Below, piece by piece: positions 45,069 through 55,882 of a stretch of 64,000 bases of DNA. This DNA is from Pseudomonas aeruginosa PAO1 (lineage in GTDB: Bacteria; Pseudomonadota; Gammaproteobacteria; Pseudomonadales; Pseudomonadaceae), in NCBI RefSeq assembly GCF_000006765.1, contig NC_002516.2; one strand, written 5' to 3'. The notes under the pieces are model-generated. The model had not been told where the DNA came from, made no database searches, and worked only from the letters and a program-made list of their open reading frames with translations. Position numbers and translations under genes: made by a program. Positions within the stretch are counted from its first letter, which is position 1. The number at the start of each line of letters is the position of its first letter.

Positions 45069-45593
45069 GCTGGAGAGGTACCGCGCTGCTCGAGGAAATT
45101 CACAGAAGGGTTTCCCGGGGGGTAGGGGAAACGGCACTCATCTGGATGGGACGAGCAGGGGAGGCGGCCGCTGTCCTTGTGGGAGCCGGGCCGGAAACTT
45201 GGCATGCTAACGAAAATGCCGTGGTCGCGGGATAGACATTGGTTTGGCTGTCCTTTTGTTGAAAAACGACGTCGCAATCAGAACAGTCCGTAGGCACTGG
45301 CGCCGGAGCGCTCCGCGTTCCTTGCCGCTTGCTGTCTTCCGCCCGCATCGGCGGCGCCATGCGGGGGGATGCCGGCGAACCCGGAGAGCTCCCGGAAAGC
45401 TTCCCGCGAACTTTTTGCAATCCGGCTGAAAGCCCCGGAATACAAGGGTTGCGGCGCTTTCGGAGGGTTACGTTTTCTGTAGGTATTCTTCACGAAAGAT
45501 TGACGGATCGCCGAGCAGACTGCCGCCGTCGTCGAGTGCTGCCAGGGGCAACGCTGCGCACGGCAACCCGGAAGTCAGTGAAGATCCGTGCCC

Positions 45594-47297
45594 ATGTCGA
45601 AAGCCCGCGCCGTCCGTCCCGAACTGCTGACCCTGCTGGTCAGCCTCGCCTTCCTGCTGTTCTACAACCTGCCGCTGTGGCAACGCCTGCTGGCGATCAC
45701 CCCGGGGGGCTGGCAGGGCCTCGGCATGATGCTGGCGGTCGGCCTGATGATCGCCGCGATCTTCAACCTGGCGCTGACCCTGCTGGCGTTCCGCTGGCTG
45801 CTCAAGCCGGCGCTGACCCTGCTGATCCTGGCGGCCGCCGGTACCACCTACTTCATGACCCAGTACGGCGTGCTGATGGACGTCGGCATGCTGCGCAACG
45901 TCATGCAGACCAACCCGGCCGAGGTCGCCGACCTGCTTTCGCCGAAGCTCGCCGTCTACCTGGCGTTGCTTGGCGCGCTGCCGGTCTGGCTGCTGTGGCG
46001 CACCCCGGTGCGCTACCGGCCGTGGCCACGCGAGCTGCTGAGCAAGCTGCTGGTGGCGCTCGCCTGCCTGGCCCTGCTCGCCGGGGTGGCGCTGGCCAAT
46101 TACCAGGGGCTGTCCTCGCTGTTCCGCAACAACAAGGAACTGCGCCTGCAGGTCACCCCGAGCAACCTGGTCGGCGCCGCCATCGGCTACGCCAAGGGCC
46201 AGGCCCAGGCCGCCAGCCAGCCGCTGCGGCCGATCGCCGTCGATGCCCGGCGCGCCGCCCTGTGGCAGGGCCATGCGCGCAAGTCGCTGACCGTGCTGGT
46301 GGTGGGCGAGAGCGCGCGGGCACAGAACTTCGGCCTCAACGGCTACGCTCGCGAGACCAACCCGCGGCTGAAGGCCGAGGAGGGCCTGATCAACTTCTCC
46401 AACGTGCACTCCTGCGGTACCGAGACCGCGGTGTCGGTGCCCTGCATGTTCTCCAACCTGGGCCGCGCGGACTACAGCGACGCTCGCGCGCGCACCCAGG
46501 AAGGCCTTCTCGATGTGTTGCAGCGCGCAGGCCTGCGGGTCCTGTGGCGGGACAACCAGTCCGGCTGCAAGGGCACCTGCGACCGCGTCGCCTTCCAGGA
46601 CCTGAGCGAGAGCAAGGATCCGGCCCTGTGCGCCGGCGGCGAGTGCCATGACGAGATCCTCCTGCGCGACTTGCAGGCCTTCATCGACGGGCTGCAACAG
46701 GACACCGTGCTGGTCCTGCACCAGATGGGCAGCCACGGCCCGGCCTACTTCAAGCGCTATCCCAGGGAGTACGAGAAGTTCACCCCGGTCTGCGCCAGCA
46801 ACGACTTCAGCGCCTGCTCGCGGGACAGCATCATCAACGGCTACGACAACACCCTGCTGTACACCGACCACGTGCTGGCCAGCCTGATCGACCTGCTGCG
46901 CAAGAACGAAGAGCGCATCGATACCGGCATGCTCTACCTCTCCGACCATGGCGAGTCGCTCGGCGAGTACAACCTCTACCTGCATGGCACGCCTTACCTG
47001 CTGGCGCCGGACCAGCAGAAGCACGTCGGCATGCTGGCCTGGTTCTCGCCCGGCTACCAGAGCGCCTTCGGCCTCGACAGTGGCTGCCTGCGCCAGCGCA
47101 GCAACGAGGAGCTGTCCCAGGACAACCTGTTCCACTCGATGCTCGGTCTGCTGGAGGTGCGCACCGGCGCCTACGATCCCGGCCTCGACCTGTTCGCCCC
47201 GTGCCGTGCGCCCGAGGTCCTGCAGGCGCTCAAGGCCGACGGCGGACGGGCGCTGTACTCCGAGGAAGCGTCTGGCCAGGAGCCGCCGGCTTCCTGA
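45594..47297 (+). CDS. eptA: Lipid A phosphoethanolamine transferase
   Basis: Five TM segments plus VVGESARA, SCGTETAVSVPCMFS, LHQMGSHGP and SDHGESLGE. Confidence 0.92.
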   Translation: MSKARAVRPELLTLLVSLAFLLFYNLPLWQRLLAITPGGWQGLGMMLAVGLMIAAIFNLALTLLAFRWLLKPALTLLILAAAGTTYFMTQYGVLMDVGMLRNVMQTNPAEVADLLSPKLAVYLALLGALPVWLLWRTPVRYRPWPRELLSKLLVALACLALLAGVALANYQGLSSLFRNNKELRLQVTPSNLVGAAIGYAKGQAQAASQPLRPIAVDARRAALWQGHARKSLTVLVVGESARAQNFGLNGYARETNPRLKAEEGLINFSNVHSCGTETAVSVPCMFSNLGRADYSDARARTQEGLLDVLQRAGLRVLWRDNQSGCKGTCDRVAFQDLSESKDPALCAGGECHDEILLRDLQAFIDGLQQDTVLVLHQMGSHGPAYFKRYPREYEKFTPVCASNDFSACSRDSIINGYDNTLLYTDHVLASLIDLLRKNEERIDTGMLYLSDHGESLGEYNLYLHGTPYLLAPDQQKHVGMLAWFSPGYQSAFGLDSGCLRQRSNEELSQDNLFHSMLGLLEVRTGAYDPGLDLFAPCRAPEVLQALKADGGRALYSEEASGQEPPAS

Positions 47298-47373
47298 TAC
47301 GACCCGGCGAAAGGACTATTTCCTTCGCCTCGCGGAAGGGTAAGGTTCAGCCTCGGAACCCGCGAGGACGCCC

Positions 47374-49701
47374 ATGGATCACCACGCCCAACACCACCCC
47401 AGGAGCCACGCCTGCGTGCTGCCCAACGGCCTGCGCCTGCACCTGGCGCATGATCCGGCGGCATCGCGCGCCGCTGCCTGGCTGCGGGTGGCGGCGGGCA
47501 GCCACGACGAGCCGAGCGCGCATCCCGGCCTGGCCCACTTCCTCGAGCACCTGTCGTTTCTCGGTGGCGCGGCGTTTCCCGGCGACGAGCGCCTGATGCC
47601 GTGGTTGCAGGTCCGCGGCGGCCAGGTCAACGCCAGCACCCTGGGCAAGACCACCGACTATTTCTTCGAGGTGACGGCGGAGCACCTTGGCGCCGGTCTG
47701 GCACGGCTGATCGACATGCTCGCCCGCCCCTTGCTGGACATCGATGCGCAACGGCGCGAGCGCGAAGTGCTCGAGGCCGAATACCTGGCGCGCTCGGCCG
47801 ACGAGCAGACCCTGATCGACGCGGCGCTGGCCCTCGGCCTGCCCGCCGGACACCCCCTGCGGCGTTTCGCTGCCGGGCGCCGCGACAGCCTGGCCCTGGA
47901 GAGCGATGCGTTCCAGCGGGCCCTGCGCGAATTCCATGCCGCCCACTATCACGCCGGCAATTGCCAGCTATGGCTGCAAGGGCCGCAGACACTGGACGAG
48001 CTGGAGAGGCTGGCGCAGCGTGCCTGCGCCGACCTGCCGGGGCGCGCGCCAGGCGCGAGTCCGCCGCCGCCGCCGTTGCTGCCCTTCGCCTGCGAAGCGC
48101 TGGCGCTGCGCCTGCCGGGACCGCCGCGGCTGGTGCTGGGCTTTGCCCTCGACGCTTTGCGGGGGGCCGACGAACAGACCCTGCTGGCGTTCGCCGAATT
48201 GCTCGGCGATCGCTCGCCGGGCGGGTTGCTGGCGGCACTCGGCGAACAGGGCCTGGGCGAATCGGTGGCGCTGCGGGTGGTTCATCGGGACGCGCGGCAG
48301 GCGCTCCTGGCGTTGACCTTCGAACTGTTCGACGGCAGCGCGGCGGCGGCGCTGGAGGCGGCCTTTTTCGACTGGCTGGGCGCCCTGCGCGACGATGCCG
48401 CCAGCCTGCTGGCGGCGCGCCGGCCGTTGCTGGCGGAGCCCACTGCACCGCTGGAGCGACTACGCCAGCGCGTTCTTGGCCTGCCAGCGGAGATTCGCCC
48501 GGCCTGCCTGGACGCGCTGCGCGCCGACCGTTGCCTGCGGCTGCACCTGGACAGCGAACTCGACGGTGCCGAAGCGCGCTGGTCGGCGGGCTTCCGCCTG
48601 AGTGTGGCGCCGGTTGCCGCAGCGCCGCCGCTGGCCGCGCAGCGGCATGCCTGGCGCTTCGAACTGCCGTTGCCGCCCAGTGCCGCCGCCGAGGGCGCGC
48701 TGTTCCTGCGCTGGCGCTTTCCCGGTGTGCCCGCACGGTCACGCTTCCTGGCGCTGCGCCAGGCGTTGCGTCCGCTGTGCGGCCAGGCGCGCCTGGGGGG
48801 AGTGGAGATGGGCCTGGAGGCGCTCGGCGAAGACTGGTCGCTGAGCTTGCTCGGTCCGCGCGATCGCCTCGAGGCCGCCGTGCGCCCGGCCCTGGCCCGG
48901 CTCCTCGCGGCGCCGCCCGACTGGCGCGCAAACGGCGAGCGTCTGTCCTCCGCCGAGCGGCGCCGCAGCGCCACTGGCCTGCCGATCCGGCAGTTGCTGG
49001 ACGCCTTGCCCGGCCTACTCGGCGAGCCGCTGGCGGAGGTCGACGACTGGCGGCGGACGCGCTGGGACGCCTTGGTCATGCAGGCCGCGATGCCAGATCC
49101 CCGATGGATGCCCGGCCAGGCTGCCGGCGAGCGCCTGGAGCCTCTGCCACCGAGGCCCGGACGGCATCGCCGCGAACTGGCCGTGGACGGCGAGTCGGCG
49201 TTGCTGCTGTTCTGTCCGCTGCCCACGCAGGAGGTGCCGATGGAGGCGGCCTGGCGCTTGCTGGCGCGCCTGCACGAACCGGCCTTCCAGCGGCGCCTGC
49301 GCGACGAGCTGCAACTGGGCTACGCGTTGTTCTGCGGTTTCCGCGAGGTCGGCGCCCGGCGCGGCCTGCTGTTCGCCGCGCAATCTCCGCGTGCCTGCCC
49401 GGCACGCCTGCTGGAGCATATGGAGACCTTCCTCCAGCGCTCCGCCGAGGCGCTCGCGCAACTGCCGGCGCGACGCCTGGCCGGCCTGCGCAAAGCCCTC
49501 GCCGACGACCTGCGCCGAGCGCCGGGTAGCTTCGCCGAGCGAGCACGGCGCGCCTGGGCGGAGCACCTTGGCGGTGGCGCCGGTCGCTCCCGGCTGCTCG
49601 CCGAGGCCGCCCTCGGCCTGAGCGGCGACGACCTGCTCGCGGCCCAGGCCCGGTTGCTGGAGGCGCGCGGCGGCTGGTGGGTGCTTTCCAGCCGGCGCTG
49701 A
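47374..49701 (+). CDS. pqqF: PQQ biosynthesis M16 peptidase
   Basis: HFLEH inverzincin motif; LRDELQLGY; located at the edge of the PQQ/ethanol cluster. Confidence 0.92.
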   Translation: MDHHAQHHPRSHACVLPNGLRLHLAHDPAASRAAAWLRVAAGSHDEPSAHPGLAHFLEHLSFLGGAAFPGDERLMPWLQVRGGQVNASTLGKTTDYFFEVTAEHLGAGLARLIDMLARPLLDIDAQRREREVLEAEYLARSADEQTLIDAALALGLPAGHPLRRFAAGRRDSLALESDAFQRALREFHAAHYHAGNCQLWLQGPQTLDELERLAQRACADLPGRAPGASPPPPPLLPFACEALALRLPGPPRLVLGFALDALRGADEQTLLAFAELLGDRSPGGLLAALGEQGLGESVALRVVHRDARQALLALTFELFDGSAAAALEAAFFDWLGALRDDAASLLAARRPLLAEPTAPLERLRQRVLGLPAEIRPACLDALRADRCLRLHLDSELDGAEARWSAGFRLSVAPVAAAPPLAAQRHAWRFELPLPPSAAAEGALFLRWRFPGVPARSRFLALRQALRPLCGQARLGGVEMGLEALGEDWSLSLLGPRDRLEAAVRPALARLLAAPPDWRANGERLSSAERRRSATGLPIRQLLDALPGLLGEPLAEVDDWRRTRWDALVMQAAMPDPRWMPGQAAGERLEPLPPRPGRHRRELAVDGESALLLFCPLPTQEVPMEAAWRLLARLHEPAFQRRLRDELQLGYALFCGFREVGARRGLLFAAQSPRACPARLLEHMETFLQRSAEALAQLPARRLAGLRKALADDLRRAPGSFAERARRAWAEHLGGGAGRSRLLAEAALGLSGDDLLAAQARLLEARGGWWVLSSRR

Positions 49702-49967
49702 AGCGAGCCACGCGGTAACTCGACGACAGCCTTGCCGGCGTCACTGCGGCGTTAGGTCGAAAGCCGCGCTGCTTCGGTGGCGCTCCCGCCGCGACCAAGG
49801 TTGCGCTACCGCCGGAGGAGCGCTGCCCGCGCCTTGCGCAGCGGCACCCACGCCCACCATGAAGAAGCGTCGAAGCAGGCCCAAGGAAGCGTATGGCAGG
49901 GCTTTCCCGGTTTCGATAATCGGCTCCGCCACGACCGGCCCGGTCGTTTCACCTCGCGGAGTGCGCC

Positions 49968-51167
49968 ATGAACAAGAACAACACCGCCGTTCGCCGAATC
50001 CTGCCGCTGACCCTGGCCTCGCTGGGTGCCCTGGGCGGCCTGCAACCGGCCGCCGCCGATATCCTGCTGTACGACAAGGACGAGACCACATTTTCCACCG
50101 ACGGCTACTTCAATGCCTTCTACGTCAACAGCGACGTCGACCGCCAGGGCGAGACCTACGATCGCCGCCAGTCGCGGGTGAAGATGGGATTCCTGCCGAA
50201 CTACATCGGCTTCAACTTCGGCAGGAAGGTCGACGAGCTGAGCCTCGGTGGTCGCGCTTCCTTCTGGGTGACCATCAACGACAGCGAGACCGACGGCACC
50301 GATACCGCCATCGACGTCCGTCAGTTCTACGGCACGGTCGCCGGCGACTGGGGCGAGGTGCTGATCGGCAAGGACTTCGGCCTGTTCTCGCGCTCGAACA
50401 TCTTCCTCGACGAACTGCTGGCCGGTTTCGGCAACCCCAGCGACACCCTCGGCCTGGTGGACGGCAAGGGCGTCTCCTTCGGCAACATCGGCACCGGCTA
50501 TCCGTATCCGTTCCCCACCTCGCAGATCACCTACCGCAACAACAACCTGCTGCCCGGCCTGCGCATCGCCGTGGGCATCCTCGACCCGATCGACTCCAAC
50601 CAGATCGACAAAGATGCCAGCGACGGCCTCGACGACAAGGCCTACCAGGACAACCCGCGCTACGAGAGCGAGGTCAGCTACCAGTTCGACCTGGCCGGGG
50701 CGCAGGTCTACAGCTGGATCAACGGCGGCTACCAGACTTCGAAGAACACCAGCGACAGCGTCGACAGCGTGACTTCCAAGGGGGTCGGCTATGGCTTGCA
50801 GGTGAAGATGGGCGGCTTCTCCGTGACCGGTTCGGGGTTCACCGCCAAGGGCATCAATCCCTTCTTCACCAACAACGCCGGCGAAGCCGCGCTGCGCGAG
50901 GTGGACAGCCGCGGCGCATTGCTGCAGGGCTCGTATTCATGGGGCAAGAACCGCCTGGCGCTGTCCTACGGCAAGACCGTCGACGACGGCAACGGCCTGG
51001 GTTCCGCGGCCGACTACGAGAGTCGCGGCATCGCCTATTTCCGCACGATCAACGACAACCTCAAGCTGGTCGCCGAGCTGAACCGCTACCGGATCGACGG
51101 GCGCGACGGTGCCGCGCTCGACGAGGACACCGACACCGTGGCCCTCGGCGCCGTACTGAACTGGTGA
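49968..51167 (+). CDS. Outer-membrane porin associated with the ethanol oxidation cluster
   Basis: Signal peptide, amphipathic beta-strands, C-terminal Trp. Confidence 0.85.
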   Translation: MNKNNTAVRRILPLTLASLGALGGLQPAAADILLYDKDETTFSTDGYFNAFYVNSDVDRQGETYDRRQSRVKMGFLPNYIGFNFGRKVDELSLGGRASFWVTINDSETDGTDTAIDVRQFYGTVAGDWGEVLIGKDFGLFSRSNIFLDELLAGFGNPSDTLGLVDGKGVSFGNIGTGYPYPFPTSQITYRNNNLLPGLRIAVGILDPIDSNQIDKDASDGLDDKAYQDNPRYESEVSYQFDLAGAQVYSWINGGYQTSKNTSDSVDSVTSKGVGYGLQVKMGGFSVTGSGFTAKGINPFFTNNAGEAALREVDSRGALLQGSYSWGKNRLALSYGKTVDDGNGLGSAADYESRGIAYFRTINDNLKLVAELNRYRIDGRDGAALDEDTDTVALGAVLNW

Positions 51168-51269
51168 TACCGCTACTTTCGAAGGACCCCGCCGCGACCC
51201 AAGTAGGATAGGGGCCGCGGCGGCGCCCTTCGTAGAATGCTGGCGAGGCGGAACGACGGGGGAGCGGGC

Positions 51270-52433
51270 ATGTACGAAGGGCAGGGGGAAGGGGTCTGCA
51301 GGGGCATGTCCAGCGCGCGCGACGTCGAAGTGGTGGCCCAGGACCTGGCGCGCCAGCTTATCCATCCGCACCTGGGCTTCGTGCTGTTCTTCTGTTCCGC
51401 GGAATACGACCTGCCGGCCCTTGCCGAGATGCTCGAACGCTACTTCGGCGGCATCGACCTGGTCGGCTGCACCACAGCCGGCGAGATCACTCCGGCGGGC
51501 TACGGGCGCGGCTGCGTCAGCGCGGTGGGCTTCGACGTGCGCAGCTTCGCCATCAGCAGCGCGCTGATCGACGAAATGGAGCGCTTCAGCCTGCTGGACG
51601 CGCAGCAGATGGTCGAGACCCTGGTGGCCGGCTGTCGCCGCGGCGGCCTGGCGCCGATCAAGGACCACAGTTTCGCCCTGACCTTGCTCGACGGCCTGTC
51701 CAGCCGCGAAGAGGTGGTGCTCGCCGCGCTTGGCGCGGCGCTCGGCGCGATCCCGCATTTCGGTGGCTCGGCCGGCGACGACCGGCACCTGACCCACACC
51801 CATGTCTACCACCAGGGCCAGTTCCATACCGGGGCGGCAGTGGTGGTGCTGGTCAACACCTGGCTGGACTTCGAGGTCTTCACCACCCATCACGTGGTGC
51901 CGCGCGCCGAAAAGTTGGTGGTGACCCGCGCCGACAGCGGCAGCCGGCGGGTCCACGAACTCAACGCCGAGCCGGCGGCGCTGGAATACGCCCGGCTGGT
52001 CGGGGTGGCGCCGCAGGCGCTGGATTTCGCCCTGTTCTCCGCGCATCCGCTGGCGGTGCGGGTCGACGAACGCTATTACGTGCGCTCGATCCAGCAGGCC
52101 AACGAGGACCTGAGCCTGACGTTCTACTGTGCGGTGGAGAACGGCATCGTTCTCACCGCGATGAGCACCGGTCCGCTGTTGCCCAACCTGGAGGCGCAGT
52201 TCCGCCGCCTCCACGAGCGCCTCGGACCGCCGTTGCTGACCATCGGTTGCGACTGCTTCCTGCGGCGCCTGGAGCTGGAGGTCGGCGGTGACACGCAAGC
52301 TACCGCCGCGTTTCTCCGCAGCCAGCAGGTGATCGGCTTCAACACCTACGGAGAGCAATTCAATGGCATGCATATCAACCAGACCTTCACCGGGGTCGCC
52401 ATTGGCCGACCCCGCGGAGGTGTCCGTCGCTGA
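51270..52433 (+). CDS. nosP: FIST-domain heme/NO sensor
   Basis: GCTTAGEI, GGSAGDD, YYVRSI, GCDCFLRR and GFNTYGEQ; overlaps the kinase gene. Confidence 0.85.
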   Translation: MYEGQGEGVCRGMSSARDVEVVAQDLARQLIHPHLGFVLFFCSAEYDLPALAEMLERYFGGIDLVGCTTAGEITPAGYGRGCVSAVGFDVRSFAISSALIDEMERFSLLDAQQMVETLVAGCRRGGLAPIKDHSFALTLLDGLSSREEVVLAALGAALGAIPHFGGSAGDDRHLTHTHVYHQGQFHTGAAVVVLVNTWLDFEVFTTHHVVPRAEKLVVTRADSGSRRVHELNAEPAALEYARLVGVAPQALDFALFSAHPLAVRVDERYYVRSIQQANEDLSLTFYCAVENGIVLTAMSTGPLLPNLEAQFRRLHERLGPPLLTIGCDCFLRRLELEVGGDTQATAAFLRSQQVIGFNTYGEQFNGMHINQTFTGVAIGRPRGGVRR

Positions 52434-55008
52434 GCTGCAGGCGCGGGTCGTCGCCCTCGAAGAAGAGCGGCACAAGTTGCAGCGGATCAACCAGGCGCTG
52501 ATCGGACGCATCGAGTCGAGCGCCGCGCAGAGCGACGAGGCCTACGGCGCCTTCCAGTATTCCGTGGTGCTGGCCGAGCAGGTCCGCGAGCGCACCGACG
52601 CGCTGAGCCAGACGATGCTCGAACTGAAGGCCAGCAACCAGTTGCTCAGCGACGCTCGCCTGCGTGCCGAGACCGCCCACCAGCATCTGCTCGACGCCAT
52701 CGAAAGCATCTCCGACGCCTTCGTCCTGTTCGATCCGCAGCAACGCATCGTGTTGTTCAACGAGCGCTTCCGCGCGCTGTGGATCGACAGCCGGGCGCGG
52801 ATCGGTCCTGGCATGCGTCGCGCCGAACTGCACCGGCTGGCGCGTAGCGGCGGGCTGATCGTCGAGGAGCAGCGTGGCGGCGACCAGCAGACTCTGTACC
52901 GCCTGCGCGACGAGCGCTGGCTGCGGATGAGCGAGCGACCGACCCGCGACGGCGGGCTGGCGGTGCTCTACAGCGACGTCACCGAGATCAAGCTCAGCGA
53001 GACCGCGCGCCGCGAGCAGGCGCTGGCGCAGAAGTCGCACCTGTTGCAGCGGGCGGTGGACAATCTCTCCCAGGGCGTGGCGATGGTCGGTGCCGACGGC
53101 GTGCTGGAGTTGTGGAACCGGCGCTTCCTGGAGCTCTGCGGGCTGGCCCCGATCGCCGGGCACCGGGCCTTCGCCGAAGTCATGGCGGAGAGCGAATTGC
53201 CGTTGCTCACGCCGCGCAGCCAGGACTCCCAGGGGAGTCCGCTGAGCGCCCGCGAGCAGCGCCTGTTCGATGGCCGGGTGCTGGAGATCCGTACCCATGC
53301 GCTGCCCACCGGCGGCTTCGTCAACACCTTCACCGACATCACCGAACGCTATCGCCACGCCGAGGCGTTGCGTGCCAGCGAGCGCTGGATCCGCCTGATC
53401 ACCGACCAGGTGCCGGCGCTGATCGCCTATCTCAGCGACGAACTGGTCTACGAATTCACCAACAAGGTCTACGAGGAGTGGTACCGCTGGCCCAGCGGCT
53501 CGATGCTCGGCCGCTGCCTGCGCGACGTGCATGGCGCCGAGCACTGCCGGCGCCTGGAACCGTACTTCGAGCGGGCCCTGGCCGGCGAAAGCGTGACCTT
53601 CGAGATCGCCGAGACCGCGTTGTCCGGCGAGGAGCGCTACATGCAGCGCTCCTACGTGCCGAACCGCCAGGCCGACGGCCGGGTCGCCGGGCTGTTCGTG
53701 CTGATTCGGGATATCACCGAGCGCCGGCGGACCGCCGAGGCGCTGCACCAGGCCTACCAGAACCTCGAACAGCGGGTGCGCGAGCGGACCGCCGAGCTGA
53801 CCACCCTCAACGACCAGTTCAAGCGCGAGATCCACGAGCGCAGCCAGGTCGAGGCGCGCCTGCGCGAAGCCAAGCGCGAGGCGGAACAGGCCAACCTGTC
53901 GAAGACCAAGTTCCTCGCGGCGGTCAGCCACGACCTGCTGCAACCGCTGAACGCCGCGCGGCTGTTCACCAGCGCCTTGCAGGAGCGCGGCAGCGCGACG
54001 CGGGACAACGAGGCGCTGGTGAACAACATCAGCCATTCGCTGGAGGACGTGGAGAACCTGCTCGGCACCCTGGTGGACATTTCCAAGCTGGACGCCGGCG
54101 TGATCACCCCGGACATCGCCCCGTTCGAGCTTGGCGAACTGCTCGGCAACCTGGCCGCGGAGTACCGCCAGGTAGCCGCCAGCGAAGGGCTACGCCTGGA
54201 CTTCGTGGCCTGCGGGGCGCTGGTCCGCAGCGACCAGCAACTGCTCGCGCGAATCCTCCGCAACCTGCTTTCCAACGCCATCCGCTATACCCCGCGAGGG
54301 CGCGTGCTGCTGGGTTGCCGCCGGCATCGGCAGCGCCTGTCGATCGAGGTCTGGGACACCGGGGTGGGCATCGCCGCCGACAAGCTCGGCGAGATTTTCC
54401 AGGAATTCAAGCGCGGCGAGTCACAGCGTTGTCACCAGGACCGCGGGCTCGGCCTGGGATTGGCGATCGTCGACAAGATCGCCCGCATGCTCGGCCACCG
54501 GGTCCGGGTCGGCTCGCTGCCGGGCAAGGGCTCATGCTTCGCCATCGAGGTACCGCTGGCCCGCCATGCCCCGCGCAGTCGCGCCGAGCCGCTGGCCAGC
54601 GCGGACGACCTGCGCGAGCGCCTGCGTGGTTCGCGGGTGTGGGTGCTGGACAACGATGCGGCGATCTGCGCAGGCATGCGCACGTTGCTCGAAGCCTGGG
54701 GCTGCCGGGTAGTGACGGCGCTGTCGGAGGAAGACCTGGCGCGACAGGTCGACAACTACCATGCCGAGGCCGACCTGCTGATCGTCGACTATCACCTCGA
54801 CGACCAGCGCAACGGCGTCGACGCGGTCGCCGCGATCAACGCCCGGCGCGGCTCGCCGCTGCCGGCGCTGATGATCACCGCCAACTACAGCAACGAGCTC
54901 AAGCAGCAGGTCCGCGAGCTTGGCCATACCCTGATGCACAAGCCGGTGCGGCCGATGAAGCTGAAGACCGCGCTCTGCCACTTGCTGGAGCGCGAAGCCT
55001 CGGTCTGA
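52363..55008 (+). CDS. nahK: Hybrid sensor histidine kinase with PAS domains and receiver (NahK/ErcS'); start uncertain
   Basis: Three PAS-like regions, H-box AVSHDLLQPL, N/G boxes, C-terminal REC with DYHLD. Confidence 0.88.
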   Translation: MACISTRPSPGSPLADPAEVSVAELQARVVALEEERHKLQRINQALIGRIESSAAQSDEAYGAFQYSVVLAEQVRERTDALSQTMLELKASNQLLSDARLRAETAHQHLLDAIESISDAFVLFDPQQRIVLFNERFRALWIDSRARIGPGMRRAELHRLARSGGLIVEEQRGGDQQTLYRLRDERWLRMSERPTRDGGLAVLYSDVTEIKLSETARREQALAQKSHLLQRAVDNLSQGVAMVGADGVLELWNRRFLELCGLAPIAGHRAFAEVMAESELPLLTPRSQDSQGSPLSAREQRLFDGRVLEIRTHALPTGGFVNTFTDITERYRHAEALRASERWIRLITDQVPALIAYLSDELVYEFTNKVYEEWYRWPSGSMLGRCLRDVHGAEHCRRLEPYFERALAGESVTFEIAETALSGEERYMQRSYVPNRQADGRVAGLFVLIRDITERRRTAEALHQAYQNLEQRVRERTAELTTLNDQFKREIHERSQVEARLREAKREAEQANLSKTKFLAAVSHDLLQPLNAARLFTSALQERGSATRDNEALVNNISHSLEDVENLLGTLVDISKLDAGVITPDIAPFELGELLGNLAAEYRQVAASEGLRLDFVACGALVRSDQQLLARILRNLLSNAIRYTPRGRVLLGCRRHRQRLSIEVWDTGVGIAADKLGEIFQEFKRGESQRCHQDRGLGLGLAIVDKIARMLGHRVRVGSLPGKGSCFAIEVPLARHAPRSRAEPLASADDLRERLRGSRVWVLDNDAAICAGMRTLLEAWGCRVVTALSEEDLARQVDNYHAEADLLIVDYHLDDQRNGVDAVAAINARRGSPLPALMITANYSNELKQQVRELGHTLMHKPVRPMKLKTALCHLLEREASV

Positions 55009-55009
55009 T

Positions 55010-55873
55010 TCAGGCGCCTTCGCGCGCCGCGCGGCCCAGGCGCGGGGCGAGGATCAGGGCGATCCCGCCGAGCACCGCCAGGGTCGCCGGCGGCAATCGC
55101 GGGGCGAGCGGCTCGCCGAGCAGCAGGGCGCCGCAGAGGGCGGCGAGCACCGGCACGCTGAGCTGCACCGAGGCGCCCTGGATCGCCGTCAGCCCCGGCA
55201 GTGCGCTGTACCAGACGGCGTAGCCGAGGCCGGAGGCGAGGGCGCCGGAAAGCAGGGCATAGGCCAGCCCGGCGCCGTCCAGCCGCAACTGCCCGTGGAA
55301 TGCCAGGAGCAGCAGGGCGGCGAAGGCAAGGGCACGCAGGAAGTTGCCCGCGCTGACCGCCAGCGGATCGCCGCCGCCGCGGCCGAGCAGGGTATAGAGG
55401 CCCCAGGCGAGGCCGGACAGGAGCATCAGCAGGGCACCGCCCAGCGGCGGCGCGCTGGCTCCGGGGAGCAACAGGAACAGCAGGCCGCCCAGGGCCAGCA
55501 GGAAACCGAGCAGCGCCTGTCCGCCCAGCCGTTCGCCGCGCAGCAGGCCGGCCAGCAGCAGGGTGACCTGTACCGCGCCGAATAGCAGCAGCGCGCCGGT
55601 GCCGGCGTCCAGCTGCACGTAGGCGTAGGAGAACGCGGCCGCGTAGACGAACAGCGCCGCCGCCCCGCGCCAGCCGCCGCGCGCGGGCGTGGCCGGGCGC
55701 CGGCGCAGATGCAGCAGGACGGCGAGCATGAGGGCGCCGGAGAAGAGACGCAGGGCGGTGAAACTGACCGCGTCGATGGCGGTGTCCTTCAGCGCCGCGC
55801 GGCAGAGCAGCGAATTGCCGGCGAAGGCCAGCATCGCCAGGACAGTGAGCAGCAGGGTACGGCGGTCGGGCAT
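55010..55873 (-). CDS. EamA/DMT-family transporter
   Basis: About ten TM helices in two repeats. Confidence 0.85.
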   Translation of the reverse strand: MPDRRTLLLTVLAMLAFAGNSLLCRAALKDTAIDAVSFTALRLFSGALMLAVLLHLRRRPATPARGGWRGAAALFVYAAAFSYAYVQLDAGTGALLLFGAVQVTLLLAGLLRGERLGGQALLGFLLALGGLLFLLLPGASAPPLGGALLMLLSGLAWGLYTLLGRGGGDPLAVSAGNFLRALAFAALLLLAFHGQLRLDGAGLAYALLSGALASGLGYAVWYSALPGLTAIQGASVQLSVPVLAALCGALLLGEPLAPRLPPATLAVLGGIALILAPRLGRAAREGA

Positions 55874-55882
55874 CGGCGGGTC

